A model generated the notes under the pieces. The model worked only from the letters and a program-made list of their open reading frames with translations. It did no database searches and was not told the DNA's origin. A stretch of DNA of 64,000 nt, taken from NCBI GenBank assembly GCA_964106645.2, contig OZ067042.1; one strand, written 5' to 3'. The position numbers were made by a program, and so were the translations under genes. Below, piece after piece: positions 1-13,020 of the stretch (the first letter of the stretch is position 1; every line of letters starts with the position of its first letter). This DNA comes from Podarcis pityusensis. Its lineage: Eukaryota.

Positions 1-628
1 AGAATTGGATTTTAATAGCCGTGCCCCACATTCAATTCACACAGAGTACAGAGGAGGAATAGCTTTATAATCAGAGCAGAGAAGCAGCAGCAATTTCTAA
101 GTGTGTGTCCCATTTAAGGGACTTTAGGGCTGGCTGGTGTTACTCTCAAAACAGTTAGCTTTTCAGCAGTCTTACACAGTTTGGGAGGTCCTCCCCCACT
201 CTTGCTAAACAGAAAACACTGGTCACTTCCTCCAGCAGAGCTCCCCCGCCCCCCGCCCTGCAGAAAAGCTCAGCACTTTCCCCCTCTGGCATTTGAAGCT
301 GTCAGGATTTGTTAATAAGTATGGATGACAACTCAGCCACATGCACTACAAAACAGTACATCCATCTTCTTTTCTCTCTCTTGCCTTTTTGGTATCCATC
401 CAAGATAATCAGCACTAATAACTTAGGCCATTTTAAATGTTGTTTCGGTGTTAACTTGGCCATGCATTGTTTACACAATGTAATATATAATGTCTGAAAG
501 CCCAGTCAATTAGCAAATAACTATTAAAAAACTTGTGGGCAGGCTTTGACCATCTGCATGAATGTGTCACAGGAACAGAACACTGAAGTCATGAAATGCG
601 ATCCTAGAAGACAGTGGGAAAAGTAATA

Positions 629-864
629 CCGTGGTACCTCTGGTTACAAACTTAATTTGTTCCGGAGGTCCGTTCTTAACCTGAAACTGTTCTTAACCTG
701 AGGTACCACTTTAGCTAATGGGGCCTCCTTCTGCGCCGCCACCGCATGATTACTGTTCTCATCCTGGGGCAAAGTTCTTAACCCGAGGTACTACTTCCAG
801 GTTTGCGGAGTCTGTAACCCAAAGTGTTAGTAACCCGAGGTGTTTGTAACCCGAGGTACCACTG
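629..864. mobile_element. Non-autonomous Tc1/mariner (Tigger-like) MITE
   Basis: TIRs C(C)GTGGTACCTC..GTTA / TAACCCGAGGTACCACTG with TA...TG flanks. Colinear and highly similar to 51225-51466. Confidence 0.85.
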
Positions 865-1670
865 TGATTCCATGCGTGGTTCCAGTTCTATTAGGTATCT
901 TGCTTATGAAGAACTTGATGTTAATATTTTTTGTAGCAACTCCTAGTAAGAGCAATATGGAACTGAATTGTATACCTGATCAATAACCAACTGAACTGGT
1001 TTTCACATTTAGGTAACATGCAATAGTTTCTAATGGTGCTATGCACACTCCAGGGCACAGCTGTAGAAACAGAGACGGCAACGGCAGCTTGGGTTTCATG
1101 GACAAGAAAAATGTGAAGTGTGATAGGAGATCCAACAAGACTTTATTTGATGAAAGAAGCAAAAGATTATATGTGAGCCATATTTGCAATACTTTCTGAA
1201 CAAAGCATCATTTCAAGTGCAAACTTACACTTCATAAAGGAACATATTCTAATCACAGTTCTCTTTTCTTTTCTTTTTTGCCTATAATAAGGTTGAAAAT
1301 AACTAAGGTGGTTTGTCAGGTACCTTTTGTGTGTTCACTTCCCTCCCACTTGTCTTAGGATGAGTTTGAATATCATCTTGTCATGATTCATTTGAGGTGA
1401 TCCTACTTCTGATGATGGAGCATTCATTCACTAGAGTGCTCTTCAAAATCACTCCTGAGATGAAAATCACAACTTAGCCTTGGCGTCTACAGATGCCTGA
1501 GTTATGGTAATGCTGCTATGCCTTTGGAATTCTCTGCACAGGGGTTGATTTGTGAATACGAATAAGGGTAAGTCTTGTGTGGCATGGCTTGGTATCCCAG
1601 AAACAGTTGCAGAAAAAATATATAATATTAGAAGCTGCTCCCAGATGAACCCTCACAAACCCCCACTGCT

Positions 1671-2073
1671 TGGGATGGGAGGAGGGGAATCCATTTGGGT
1701 CACATTATAACCTGAACCTACCAAATTTGCACAGCCTAAAATAGTATATGATCTAAGATGTAACCTTTGAAAATCACCCTTTTCTGAATTTTCCAATGCA
1801 GTTCTCCAATCAAAAGAAACGTGGGCAAAAGTTCATGTATTATGGGAAAGAATACATAGCAATGGCTATATTTATGAAAATAGCATGCACATTAGATAAA
1901 AACTGCTTGCAAAAATTTGTACAGTAGGCAAAACTACATACAAAAAAATATTTATTAAGAAAAATTCACATTAAGATGCTGACAATATTTGTGAGGACAT
2001 TTTTTAAAAATGCAAACTGCTGCAATGAAATGACCAAAATGAAACAGCCAAGTTGACAGACTCACCCATCCTT
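1671..2073. mobile_element. Old non-autonomous DNA-transposon-like repeat (copy 1)
   Basis: GGGATGGG...CCCATCC termini. Internal blocks (ccaatgcagttctcca, atttatgaaaata) match 55133-55570 in the opposite orientation. Confidence 0.55.
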
Positions 2074-5000
2074 ACCCATTGCAGGCATTTTGTAATACAA
2101 TACCATACCAGATCAACAGGAACCTCATATTATCTTTCATACTGAGAACAAGGAGAGTCCAATGAGAAGACAGCAACCCCATATGACATGAGTAAATGAC
2201 TGAACAATTTAGTTTTTAACATCTTGCCAACACCAACAGCAGGAACCAACAAGGCAGATAAATCACACACACCCATCCCAATGCTGCCATAGCAGGTGAC
2301 TTTTACTCCGAGATAGACAAGTTAGATCCAGTAGGGTAAGTACAGCTGCATTTGTCATTCCTGTACAAACATGGGATTCAGCCACATTTATTCCACTCTA
2401 CACAACTGTGCAGTAGCAATCATTATGTCAACACGTATTTCCCTCAAGATTTAAAGAAGCTCTTCAGTGCATTTTTAAAACAGGCTATCTCCATCGTATG
2501 AGTGGTTGGTGTCACTTTTCATCTTTTTGACTATCTCAACTGTACCTTTCATGTCAAACAGAAGGAGTCAAGACAGACAAGGGTCTACAATCAATTGTTA
2601 CAAAAGAAAGCACAGTTCATTTAATTAATTTCAATACAATACAGCTTGGAGGGTGTGTGTGTCATTCTACTGCAGTTCCCCCACACCCAGGTCTAACAGT
2701 TAATCAAGAGTGAAAGCAGTTACACATTATTCTTGCTTGATGAAGCTAATATCAGTACGTACTCTCTAGGCAGGCATCCAGACTCATTACTAAGAATGTA
2801 TATCACACTATCAAAAACTATACAAGAATAGGTAGCATGTCTGGCAGGACTTTTCTTCTCCTGAATGGACAAAAGAAATTCCACCATTATATTATTAGAA
2901 CCGCTTCCCTAGAAAAGACACTGTGAGGCACTTAAGGATAGCTCTGGAAAGCAGCAAAGTCAAACATTTATGAAGGCCCCAGGAACAGGAAAGGGCTTAC
3001 AACAACAGAAGCAGAATCACTGAATCAAATACTTAAGATGGCAGCCTGAGAGAACTTTTGGAGAAAAACACAGAAAGGGGTCTGTGATCATTCAAGTCTG
3101 CCTTCACAAATGAGCACTGGTTAAAGCCCATGAGTTTTGGTCCTGTTCACCTCCTCCTCCTACTTCCTCCTCCTCCAGTATAAGAAAGTCAACAAAGCAT
3201 TCTTCACCAGACGCTTTGTTTCAGTTCTGGATGGAGAAAGAGAAGAGACAGAGGTGCCTCTTATGGATCAATAGCTGGTTAAATCAGAGCAAGCAGAAGG
3301 TAGAAGTAATTCACTGGCCTCAGCAGGGAAGGGCGTGCCAACCTGTTGGGATAAGTCTGTCATTTCTCTGCAGTTCTGAACTCCTTGCCTTGATTTTGGG
3401 ACTTCTTAACCTTGGACCAATTTCTAGCCTCAGATTTCCTGTCATTTAGCCCAAGAGCTGCTGGGACTCATTACCTGTTGCTGATCCTGTATCTCTTTTC
3501 TGCCTGAAGACAGATTTCTTCCTTACTGTCAAAGAAGAGCCCCTGTCATTGTGGGCTGGACAGAAGCCAGGACATAACTAGATGTGTGGTTGCATTCAAC
3601 CTGACATGCCTACTGATTTTTTTAAATAGCAGCCAGACATGGAAGAGTGATCAGGATTGGGACCATGACGCACAATCCACTTAGGCTTGCAATTCCTCCT
3701 GCCCATGATAAGTACCAACCAGTATACCAATCTGCACCTTATTATCTATGGAGAACAAGAGCTGCCTTAAGTATTCAAGTGAATCAAAACATAATAAATA
3801 AATAAAATAAACCTATTTGAAATAGAAATGCTACTGTCAATCTCAAAATTTAATTTGTTTTCCAGAGACCTCAGGTACTTCTGCTGGGAACCAAGGTCCT
3901 TTCTGAGTTCACCAAATGCCTCAATTACTATTAAAAAATAATCTTATCTACACCTTTGGGGGGAAAAGCATGCTGATTCACACTGGAACAAGAGAAGAAG
4001 AAAAATAACGTAGAAGGCACCAGATGAAGAGAAAAGAAGCATGGAACCTCAAAATTTTGGTATCTTCAACATAAAGCCTTCATATAAAGTCATTTTACTG
4101 TCCTCATATTCTCATATTCCTGATTTGAGTCTCTCTTCTTTTTTGAGGCCCTCTGCAATCTAATTGCAGACTGCAGCAAATACAGGTAACTCAACATCCA
4201 TCATCCTGCTAATGTTGAATTCACTTGCAAGCCATGACCCTATAGAATGTGCTAATGTCAGCACATTGCAAACAGATCCCTAATTAGGCTATATTTGGTT
4301 CAGAGAGACAGAAGTAACTAACCTTAACTGTGATATTCTCACCGTCTATGACATTAGAAACAAGAAAAGCTAACATTTTAAAGTCTATCACAAGAGTACT
4401 TTAGCTACCGTAGGTAAATTTATACACTGAATAACTTTTATTATAACATCTACTTCTGTACAGGAAAAAATATTAAAGTCGCACATAAGATTGTCACACA
4501 TGTCTGTTTTTCTACATATGCTTAGTTCTTGCCTCCCAGTGCTTCTCAGCTGCAGTTATGGTCAGACACAGCAAATCCAAAGAAGATTTCATGCCTCTTC
4601 CTACACAGAACTGTTTTCCATGTTGGAAGCAGTTCAATATGAAGCACCTCTTTGCTTGACTGGTTTGTAACTGAGCTCTTATACAAGGGACAATTGCACA
4701 TTCTTCACAAATGTGTGTAACTGAGTCCTGTTGCTGTGCTTTGTTTTTAAAGGAGAAGCTACCTTGGGAGGGAAGAATGTAGAGCAGAGTAACAGAAGAA
4801 ATAGAAATCCTATCTGCTGTTTCTCTATTTGAAATCACCCTATGTGTTTTTTTCTTGCTGGGTTTCTTTCTTTCTTTTTTAAGTGTTTGCTAGCAATTTC
4901 CTTCACACCAACCACATTGCCAGTAGTCAACACAACATTATGCCACAAATAAGGAATGGTTGTGAATTTTGGGAGCTGAGGGAAACAAATGCCCATAATT

Positions 5001-8000
5001 GAGAATAGGCACACTAATTATGAGTCAAACCAAATTCCTAGATCCCTACTGCTGGTTTTCCTTCACAAAGGGTAGGGAGAAAATGGCAGGAGGGAAGGGG
5101 GGAGGTGGTGGAATGGTCGCAAATAGGCTCAGCCTTTCCGAGTGTTGAGAGACTTCTCAGTAAAAGGTTAGAAAAACGGGGCCTTTCCAAATCATAACTG
5201 GTATCGTTCACCCATTTCTAACACGTAAAACATTTTTAAAAAATCACATGAAAAACTGGCTGTCTACATCTGCCCTCATTGGGAGCAGATTCAGAATGGT
5301 TAAATTAATGTAACTATGTGAAAGTGGCCTAAGAAACTACACTATGGTGAATAAGGCCACACATCAAGCACATTGCAGATACTGTTTCACATTAGACCAT
5401 TAGACAACTGGGTCTTTATATTACATACCATCATTGTTTTTTTAATTGTCGATACCTAATTACTACCTTCTGGCTTCATTGCCTTCATTCATCACTCAAA
5501 ATTAGAGTAATTCTATTGAGAGAAAGATCACAAGCGAGGTCAGAGTCAGGTTGTAATCTTGCTGCCAGTCTGATCCTAATTTAGATCACCTTTTCATCTT
5601 AGCCTTTTAGTCATAATACCACCAACTGGGATTCTCTAGTTTACTCCCACTTGTGCATTTGAATGCTGTGTACAATCTGCCTGCTTGCCAACATGACAAG
5701 CAGGAGCTGATATTAATGTGGATTGTCTTCTGAGTTTGTGACATATAAATTGCCCCTTTTACAAGTACAGACAAGCCTAGATGTCTGTAGAACACTCTGA
5801 AATATTGGAGCAGTAATGTTTTACCATTGTTTATCCAAATCAGGTGCTATAATAAAGAATCTCTTGCATTTTAATGACTGAATTGGTCAAGTGGTCTATG
5901 GAAGCCATAAATATTTGCCTCCCTAAGGTATTTCCTTTAGAACACATATTTCCCGAAGAAATTGGGGCTATTCCTCCTATCATGTTTCATAATGTATAAA
6001 AGCAAAACATTTCCCCTGAAAACTCCAAAATAAAAGGCTTTAATTTATTTTGCTTACAAATGTGTATTTATCACAGTGTTTATGGTCACACAGATACTTG
6101 TCTCAGGGGATATGGATTAGCCACAGTTTCCTCCCCTGCCCCTGTATCCCTTCTTCTCTTCACCATTAAAGAAAAAAGGCATCTCCTTCTGCACAACATT
6201 AAATGGCCTTCAGAGATTCCTCCAAGAGCACTCTGCACAGTTGTAGGGAGTCACCTTGGCATAGAGAGGAACCCCCCCCCCCAAAAAAAAAATATCCTCA
6301 AGCATCACTAAGAGAGTTATCAACACTTATTGAATACAGTAGTACACAGTGCAGTGTTTTATTCTACTGGTAAGTGGGCAATCTGGTCCAGAGGCTATCC
6401 AGCAACAGCTACATCAGACACCATTCCACAGGAGGCCAACCATATCACAGCATGGGATAATCACAGACAATGACGGCAGAGCTTTAGGCTGAAGGGAGGT
6501 GGGCCATGTATAGAATAAAGTTGCATCCTCATCAACTTCCTCACCAAGTTTCTCTACATCCCCCCCAACAAAGCTTAAATGAGCTCTGTTGGAATACTTT
6601 CCTCATGAATTGAATCTAATTATGTCTTCTAATGCAGCCATTAGAGGTGAGAATAATATATACTGATGATGTTACTGTCCAATACTGTTCATAAATACTG
6701 CTACCAAGATATTAAGTCATTCTCAGCGGTGCCAGACAGTCTGCCCTCTGAAGAATTTATTGATAGAGAACCACAGAAAGGTAAGCTGCTTCTGATAACA
6801 GTATATTCAGAGTTCAAAACTACTTGTGAATTGAATAAATCAATAGCATGGAAGGCTCTAAATTAAAATCTTTGGGAAAGAGGCTTGCAAAGTCGACTTA
6901 CCAATTTCATAGCCAACTGGAAACCAGATGTGTTTCTGATACAGAGACCAGCTGAGTCTGAGGCCAGTTTAAAACATTACTTTTAATTATAGATGGGAAA
7001 GTGGATATCCTGCATTTAATCCTGATTAGTAATCTTTTTTTTTAGCATCCTTCATAAACACTAAATAATGAAACTCGTGCAATCTTTTCACGAACTTTCT
7101 GTTCCCAATACATATCCCCACTTGCCTCCAATTATAGTCAATGTGTAGATCATCAAAAAAGCCTGTGAGATAAAGAACAATGGCCACACATCTAAAACAG
7201 CAGCAACTCCCCAGCGACATATCAATGTTCTGTGCACTGTGGAACAGACTTTTCATATTATCACTCAGGGAAAATTAACCTACCAGAGAATACAATGGGG
7301 GGGGAGGGAATACCAAACTTTAGCATTAAATGAGAAGTCTTAGAATCATTGGAAAGAGAAATATAATGTCATGCATTAAACAATAAATCACTCACTTGAA
7401 AGGAGTCATAAGGCTTTTCATATTTTTTTTAAGAGTGGGGTACTATCCATTCTCTTATACATTTACTTCCCCTTCCTCACATGGCTCCCTTCCAAGTGTG
7501 CAAGGATAGACTGTACCACTGGATTGTATATCTAGAGCTAAATTCATGCTAGCCCTGTTCCAGTGGTAGCAGCCCATAAAATGGCCCAATTGCATTAGAT
7601 GACGATTGCTGAAGCCAAGTAGGTTAGGGCTTGAGCCAATAATTGAACGGAAGACTGCCTCAGTGCTCCGTGTGCACTTCTCTGATCTCTGCAGAGGAAA
7701 AGAAAAACATGAACAGGATAAACAGCGCATCAAAACAGTGCAACTGTCCTTGCTGCAAGGGCTAGTCCTGTTCGTGTAAAAAAAAAAAGTCAGGAGAAAT
7801 GTTTGATGCAATGCTGGAGAGAAGGAGCAGCACAAAGGCTGCAGGAAGGTTGCTGTGTTTGTACTTCATGTGCTTTATTTTTAAAGAGCTACATAATCAC
7901 AACTGCGCTTGAATGGTCCAGAGAGGGAGCCCTGCAGGAATCTGGCTTCACTAAAAGATTAATACTGATTTTAGTTTAGTGTATCTCAAGTTTTAAAATA

Positions 8001-8477
8001 GTATCCCACAGAAACATCTGGTAAGTATGATGCAAAAGCCAAAACAGGTCACAGACGTAAGGGGCCTCCTGAATTAATTGAAGAGCAAGCAAACAAAAAC
8101 AAACCACTGTCTCCCAAAGGATATGTTGCAAAAGCTTCATCTTCTTTTTCTGGATCACCATGCCCAATACAGTTTGGAGACTAACAATTAAAGAATGAAG
8201 GGGTCAGGGAACTGTGATGTATGCTACAGTAAAAGAAAATTCAGATTGTGTGTCTGCTTAGAGCAAATTGGAGAGCTATGTGAGTTATGATTCCTGATCA
8301 TGCCAACATTCCTAAATATGAAAATATTCTAAAGTCTTAAATAGTCACTGGATGCTGTCTTGCTATATTGTCCTAAAGAAATGTCTGCCATCAAGAGTTA
8401 CACGAAGAGGACTTACACCATGACCACTTCCTTTGCAGCTTAGTGGAAAGGTAAATCTTACTGAAATATTGCCTCCT

Positions 8478-8733
8478 GGTTAGCATCTATCTGTCTTGAG
8501 AGACAATGGAAGAGTACAACTTGGGGGATTAAGTCAAACCATTGGAGAGTTACAGCACCTGCTGTGGCTGTAGAGACTGATATGGAAGAGACATGTTTTG
8601 TTGCAGCTGGGGCAGACAAAAGTGTCTAGTCATGCTGATGCAGGTGTACCATGGCGTTTCTTCTTTCTGTGCTCCTCCCAGCGATCATTCCTTCTTGGTC
8701 ACTGCTGTGGTTACACAGCCTGACTGATTGTCT
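8478..8733 (-). mobile_element. RTE-clade LINE 3' end fragment (same family as 30391-31771)
   Basis: The reverse complement matches about 31510-31770 (RSTERRNAMVHL vs RSAERRNTMVHL; ccatatcagtctctacagccacagcag; tgtaactctccaatggttt). It has a 12-nt TSD ATATTG(C/T)CTCCT at 8466-8477 and 8734-8745. Confidence 0.82.
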
Positions 8734-11700
8734 ATATTGTCTCCTATGAATAGCAATATATGTTGCAAATGGGTCTTCAGAATGCACCCCCCACCGCCAC
8801 CGCCACCAATTAAACAAGAATGGCTACAATCATAATACACAGAGGCAAACATTTGGATTTAGTCACACTAAAATCATGTTTCAGTCCACCACCTTGATTC
8901 AAATGGTGCCCGTCATCCAAACTTCGATATAAACACCCATTCCCATCACAGGAACCCTTGTGCCATTTTGGCAACCATATCTCGAGAGGTGGCTGAACCT
9001 TTGTCAAAATTCCACAGGCCTAGGCCCTGGTTCACATGTCATATAACTCATAGTGTAAAACAAGCTATGTCGTAATATGAGGGAGCAGCAAACTCAAGAA
9101 CACCACTCAAAGGTTTTTGCTTCTGCTACTGCCATAATAAACCAGAGTGTGGCTTGTTGTGTCATCTGAACCCAAGCTTGTGATTTGCTTCCTTCAAACA
9201 TGACCTCAACTCTCCCAGGTGTAAAGCCAACCACATATACAGTGAATCAGTGTGGATATGTTAAGAGTCTGGTCCAGTACAATTTCCAAGTCTAAGAAAA
9301 ACTGAGCACTGTAGAAGCCAGCTTAGCCTGTACCTACTGGTAAAATATCACATTCTCCATCAGTCAAAGTTTTTAATAGCCTTACTTCAAAATTCTAAAG
9401 TGTAATTTCTTTCTTATTCCACTAATAAAACAAGATTTTTTTCCCACTATAAAGGATAATGAACTGCCCACACTTGTCAACCTTAAAGCTTACAGGAATA
9501 AAATAAGGTTTAATTTGAAGAAGATTCTTATAGCCTGAGAACTTATCAATTTTTGTCTCACACATGCTGCAAATTTTGTTCATCTCATGGAGGCTATCAG
9601 CCAAGCCACATTAATTTCTTCAAAGAACAACAGATGGGACTAAAAAAAATAATAATTGTTAGTTATATTATATACTTGATACACTATAATTCACATTACA
9701 TTCACAAGATATTGTAAGACAGAATGTTCCGTTCCTTTTATCTGACATCCCCACTGCAGCACCCAACTCAATTTTCTACGTTGTTTTCTCTACTTGAGTT
9801 ATTGGATAAAGCTGGCTGACAGAGCAAAGGTCAAAAGATCTAACAGTCCAGCCACATTCCAGATGGTTGCTAACGAGTCTGCTTAACATGGATTCCAGTT
9901 TTTCTTCTTTCATGAAGTACAGCTGATCCAGTTCAAAGTCATTTTTTTACAAAGTAACTCTAGATTGAAGTTAAGAGTTTAAGAAATCCCAGATCCTAAA
10001 GTGAAGATGATACGAGCTTCCAAGCGTGTTTATACTACCGAGAAATGCCCTCATTGTTATTTACTGAAAGCCTTTTTGTCTCCCTCTTCAGAAGACAAAA
10101 AATCCAGAGTGGCTTACATACAACTGATAAGAACAACATTAAAATAGCAGAAACGGCATATGGCATATATAAAGAAGTAGTGATGCTGACACTTAATCTC
10201 ACTAGTGCCTTCCAGGGCCAATCCAAAACATTCTGCTTCCTGAGACAAAAGACAAAATGGCACCCTCCTAGTCCATCTACAGAAGCTGGCTGGACTGGAA
10301 GTTGAATCTTTACTTTGTAATTGGTGACATGATAGTCACTGCACTGAGGGTAGGAGGCTAGCTTAGGGGGCACAGGGCATGACATGCATAACTCTGCCTC
10401 CAACAGAACGGAGTGGAGTAACCAAAGACAGGTGACTACCATTGTCCTGGCATCCACTGACTGAGGTGTCCCAGCTGGTGAAGCAGCCGTAAGTGAAAAT
10501 TGTGATTATGGCAGTTTGGCTTCCTGGCTGCTGTTGCTTTGCTTATTCATGGGGCAGCCAGTTCTTAATGGCCTCCAAGAGGAGAAGAACTAAATTAATA
10601 ATGGAGGTACATTTGAAAAGAAAAGTCTACACAACTCAGAAGGTGATAGACAATAAGTTTGTCCTACCATTCTGTCATTAATTTATGTTCATTTCCAAAC
10701 AAAAGGCAATTACGGTAATTAACCTGCAAAGAAGACATACTTTAGTCTTCAAGAAGGTCTTCCACAGCTTCTCATAGTTGTTATTTGGAGGTACTAATTT
10801 GATTGTGACCATTTAATGGCTTGTGATCAGATTGGACTGTTTTTGTTTCACAAAGAAGACTGTTGGAAGATTCCACTGTTTGAAGCAGGAGCCCCAGAGC
10901 TGGGAAACTGGACTAGTGAGAGATAGTGTCAATTGTGATTTCTCAGGCTACAGAGTCTTCATCATGTGCAGAATGGAGAATGGGTGTGCAATGTTAACCC
11001 TTTTGACTGGCAGGAACTATGAAGCTGCTGGATTGGCAGACATGGAAAAAATACTCCAAGTCTAGACTTCTGCTTTGTCAGGGCAATAGAACCATTGATT
11101 TGTCAGAAGCTCCTCCAACTCAGGCTACTGATCTTAGGGACTCTGAAATAGAGAGCACATCTCCGAGATATATACTGAAGAAGAGCCACATCCTTTGGAC
11201 ATATCCAGAAACGCAAATAAGATAAACATTAATATTTTGCAGACAATCTAATAAATGAAGTTTGTATATAGCAATGCTTAAGAGTTTAGTATTTTGAAAA
11301 TAAACATGCACATTTTGAATAATACTCCCCAAGTAGGAAGTAGTCGTTGTTATTATGCAACCTCAAAAACTGCTACTTTAAAACAAAGTTGTTAACTACC
11401 CCCTCTTTAAGTATAGCTTGTGGTCAATAGCTGAATGACTGAGATTCTTTGCATATCATCATGAAGAGTTCACTTCCTTAAGGATAAGCACCACTATTTC
11501 TAGCTAGCTGGTTCTTTATCAGCATTCAGCAAGAGCTAGAAATAGCCGTAGTGTCTCTGATCATAGAGCACTGGCATAAAAACACAATGGATGCAGACCG
11601 CTTTCAACTGGTACAGAATAGTTCAGGGCTACTTCTAGGCTCAGGGGTTATAATAATACTGGAATGTTATTGTTGGGAGTCTCAAGAGGATTTGCTGATT

Positions 11701-12993
11701 TATTTGTCTTTAACACAGAGGAGAAAGACATACTGTCACTTCTAGAAAGCCATTAGACTCGATCTCAACTACTGTATTGATGAAGTAGGCAGATGGGGGG
11801 GGAGCACTGCAATAAAGTAAACAACAGAAAAGAAATTGCAGAAAAGAAAGCATTGTAAATAAATGACATTTTAAAAACCACGAAGATTCTCTCCAAGCCT
11901 CCGCGAATAAAACGTTATTTACCCACCCCACACACTGTATTTTGTTCATCTCATTTTGAGACCTTCGGTCAAGTCACATAATTTTCTTCAAAGAACAGTC
12001 TCAGCAAATGATATAATTTTAAATTAATACTTTAAAAGATAGCAAGATTGATTTTTACAGCCTGGATGCTATTACACTTCTGACGATCTCAGCACACCTG
12101 AGAACAGGTTTGAGAGTTTTGCTGACACAAACCTCTGCTACAGCTCACAGTTAGTGAGAAGAAAGCTTAACCACAAGCTCCAATTCAGAAGGCATGCTAA
12201 GTCAAACCTTGACTTAATTCAGAATAGTGCAGGGGTAAAAAGAAAGCCAAGCAAAGAGCAGAGTGGCTGCAAACTCTTCTTTGGGAGCAACAGAATATGC
12301 TCATGTAAAAAAAATATGCATCTTTCCCCAAACGAAAAACTGCAGAGCAGTTTCCTGTATAAATTTGGAGATGGGGAAATAGTTTGGAATACATCACTTA
12401 TCACACAATAAATGTATCTGTCCTGTTGAAATTTCAGCATGTGTTGAAAATCCTTAACGCTGAACGTGTTATATAGAAGTACATCCTACTGATTTTTAGA
12501 GAGACTTGGCTTTGTTCTAACTAATGTGTTTAGGATCAGGGTGTCAGTCTGATTAATTCTGACAAGTGTAGCGTCAATCTCATGTCTGGCAAACTATCAG
12601 AGCAGTCTGTCAGCAGTGGAACAGCTTTCTAATCAAATACTCAGTTTAGGTGAATGCTTCACCTTATTTTAAAAAAATAAAAAGCTACAAGCACAACATT
12701 CATTTGGCAAAAGTAACATCATCTATTCTTACACATTATAATGCAGAGCCACATCTAAATTTCTTTTACCCTTGGAGAGGTTATTCACCCTTCTCCATGT
12801 GACTGCTTGGGCTGCTCGCATTGCAAATTATTAATCTGTCAGCAGCTTTTAAACATCTTCATTAACAGCCATCCATAGCAAAACAAGTTATCCACCAAGT
12901 TGGAAAGATAATATATTCTATTAAACTACATCAGGGGCGGTCAGTGATGCCAGCAGGTATGAAATCCTGTAACAGGAACTCTAAAAGAAATAT

Positions 12994-13020
12994 ATACATA
13001 CATACATACATACATACATA
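12994..13020. repeat. (TACA)n microsatellite
   Basis: atacatacatacatacatacatacata. Confidence 0.95.

Noticed and set aside
6666-6866. Plus-strand ORF with an internal AAG|GTAAGC donor
   Set aside because: It is antisense to ABLIM1, with no partner exons or recognisable protein; likely chance.
7026-7256. 76-aa minus-strand ORF (MKSLFHSAQN...) as another ABLIM1 first exon
   Set aside because: It ends in a stop with no in-frame donor and has no recognisable homology.
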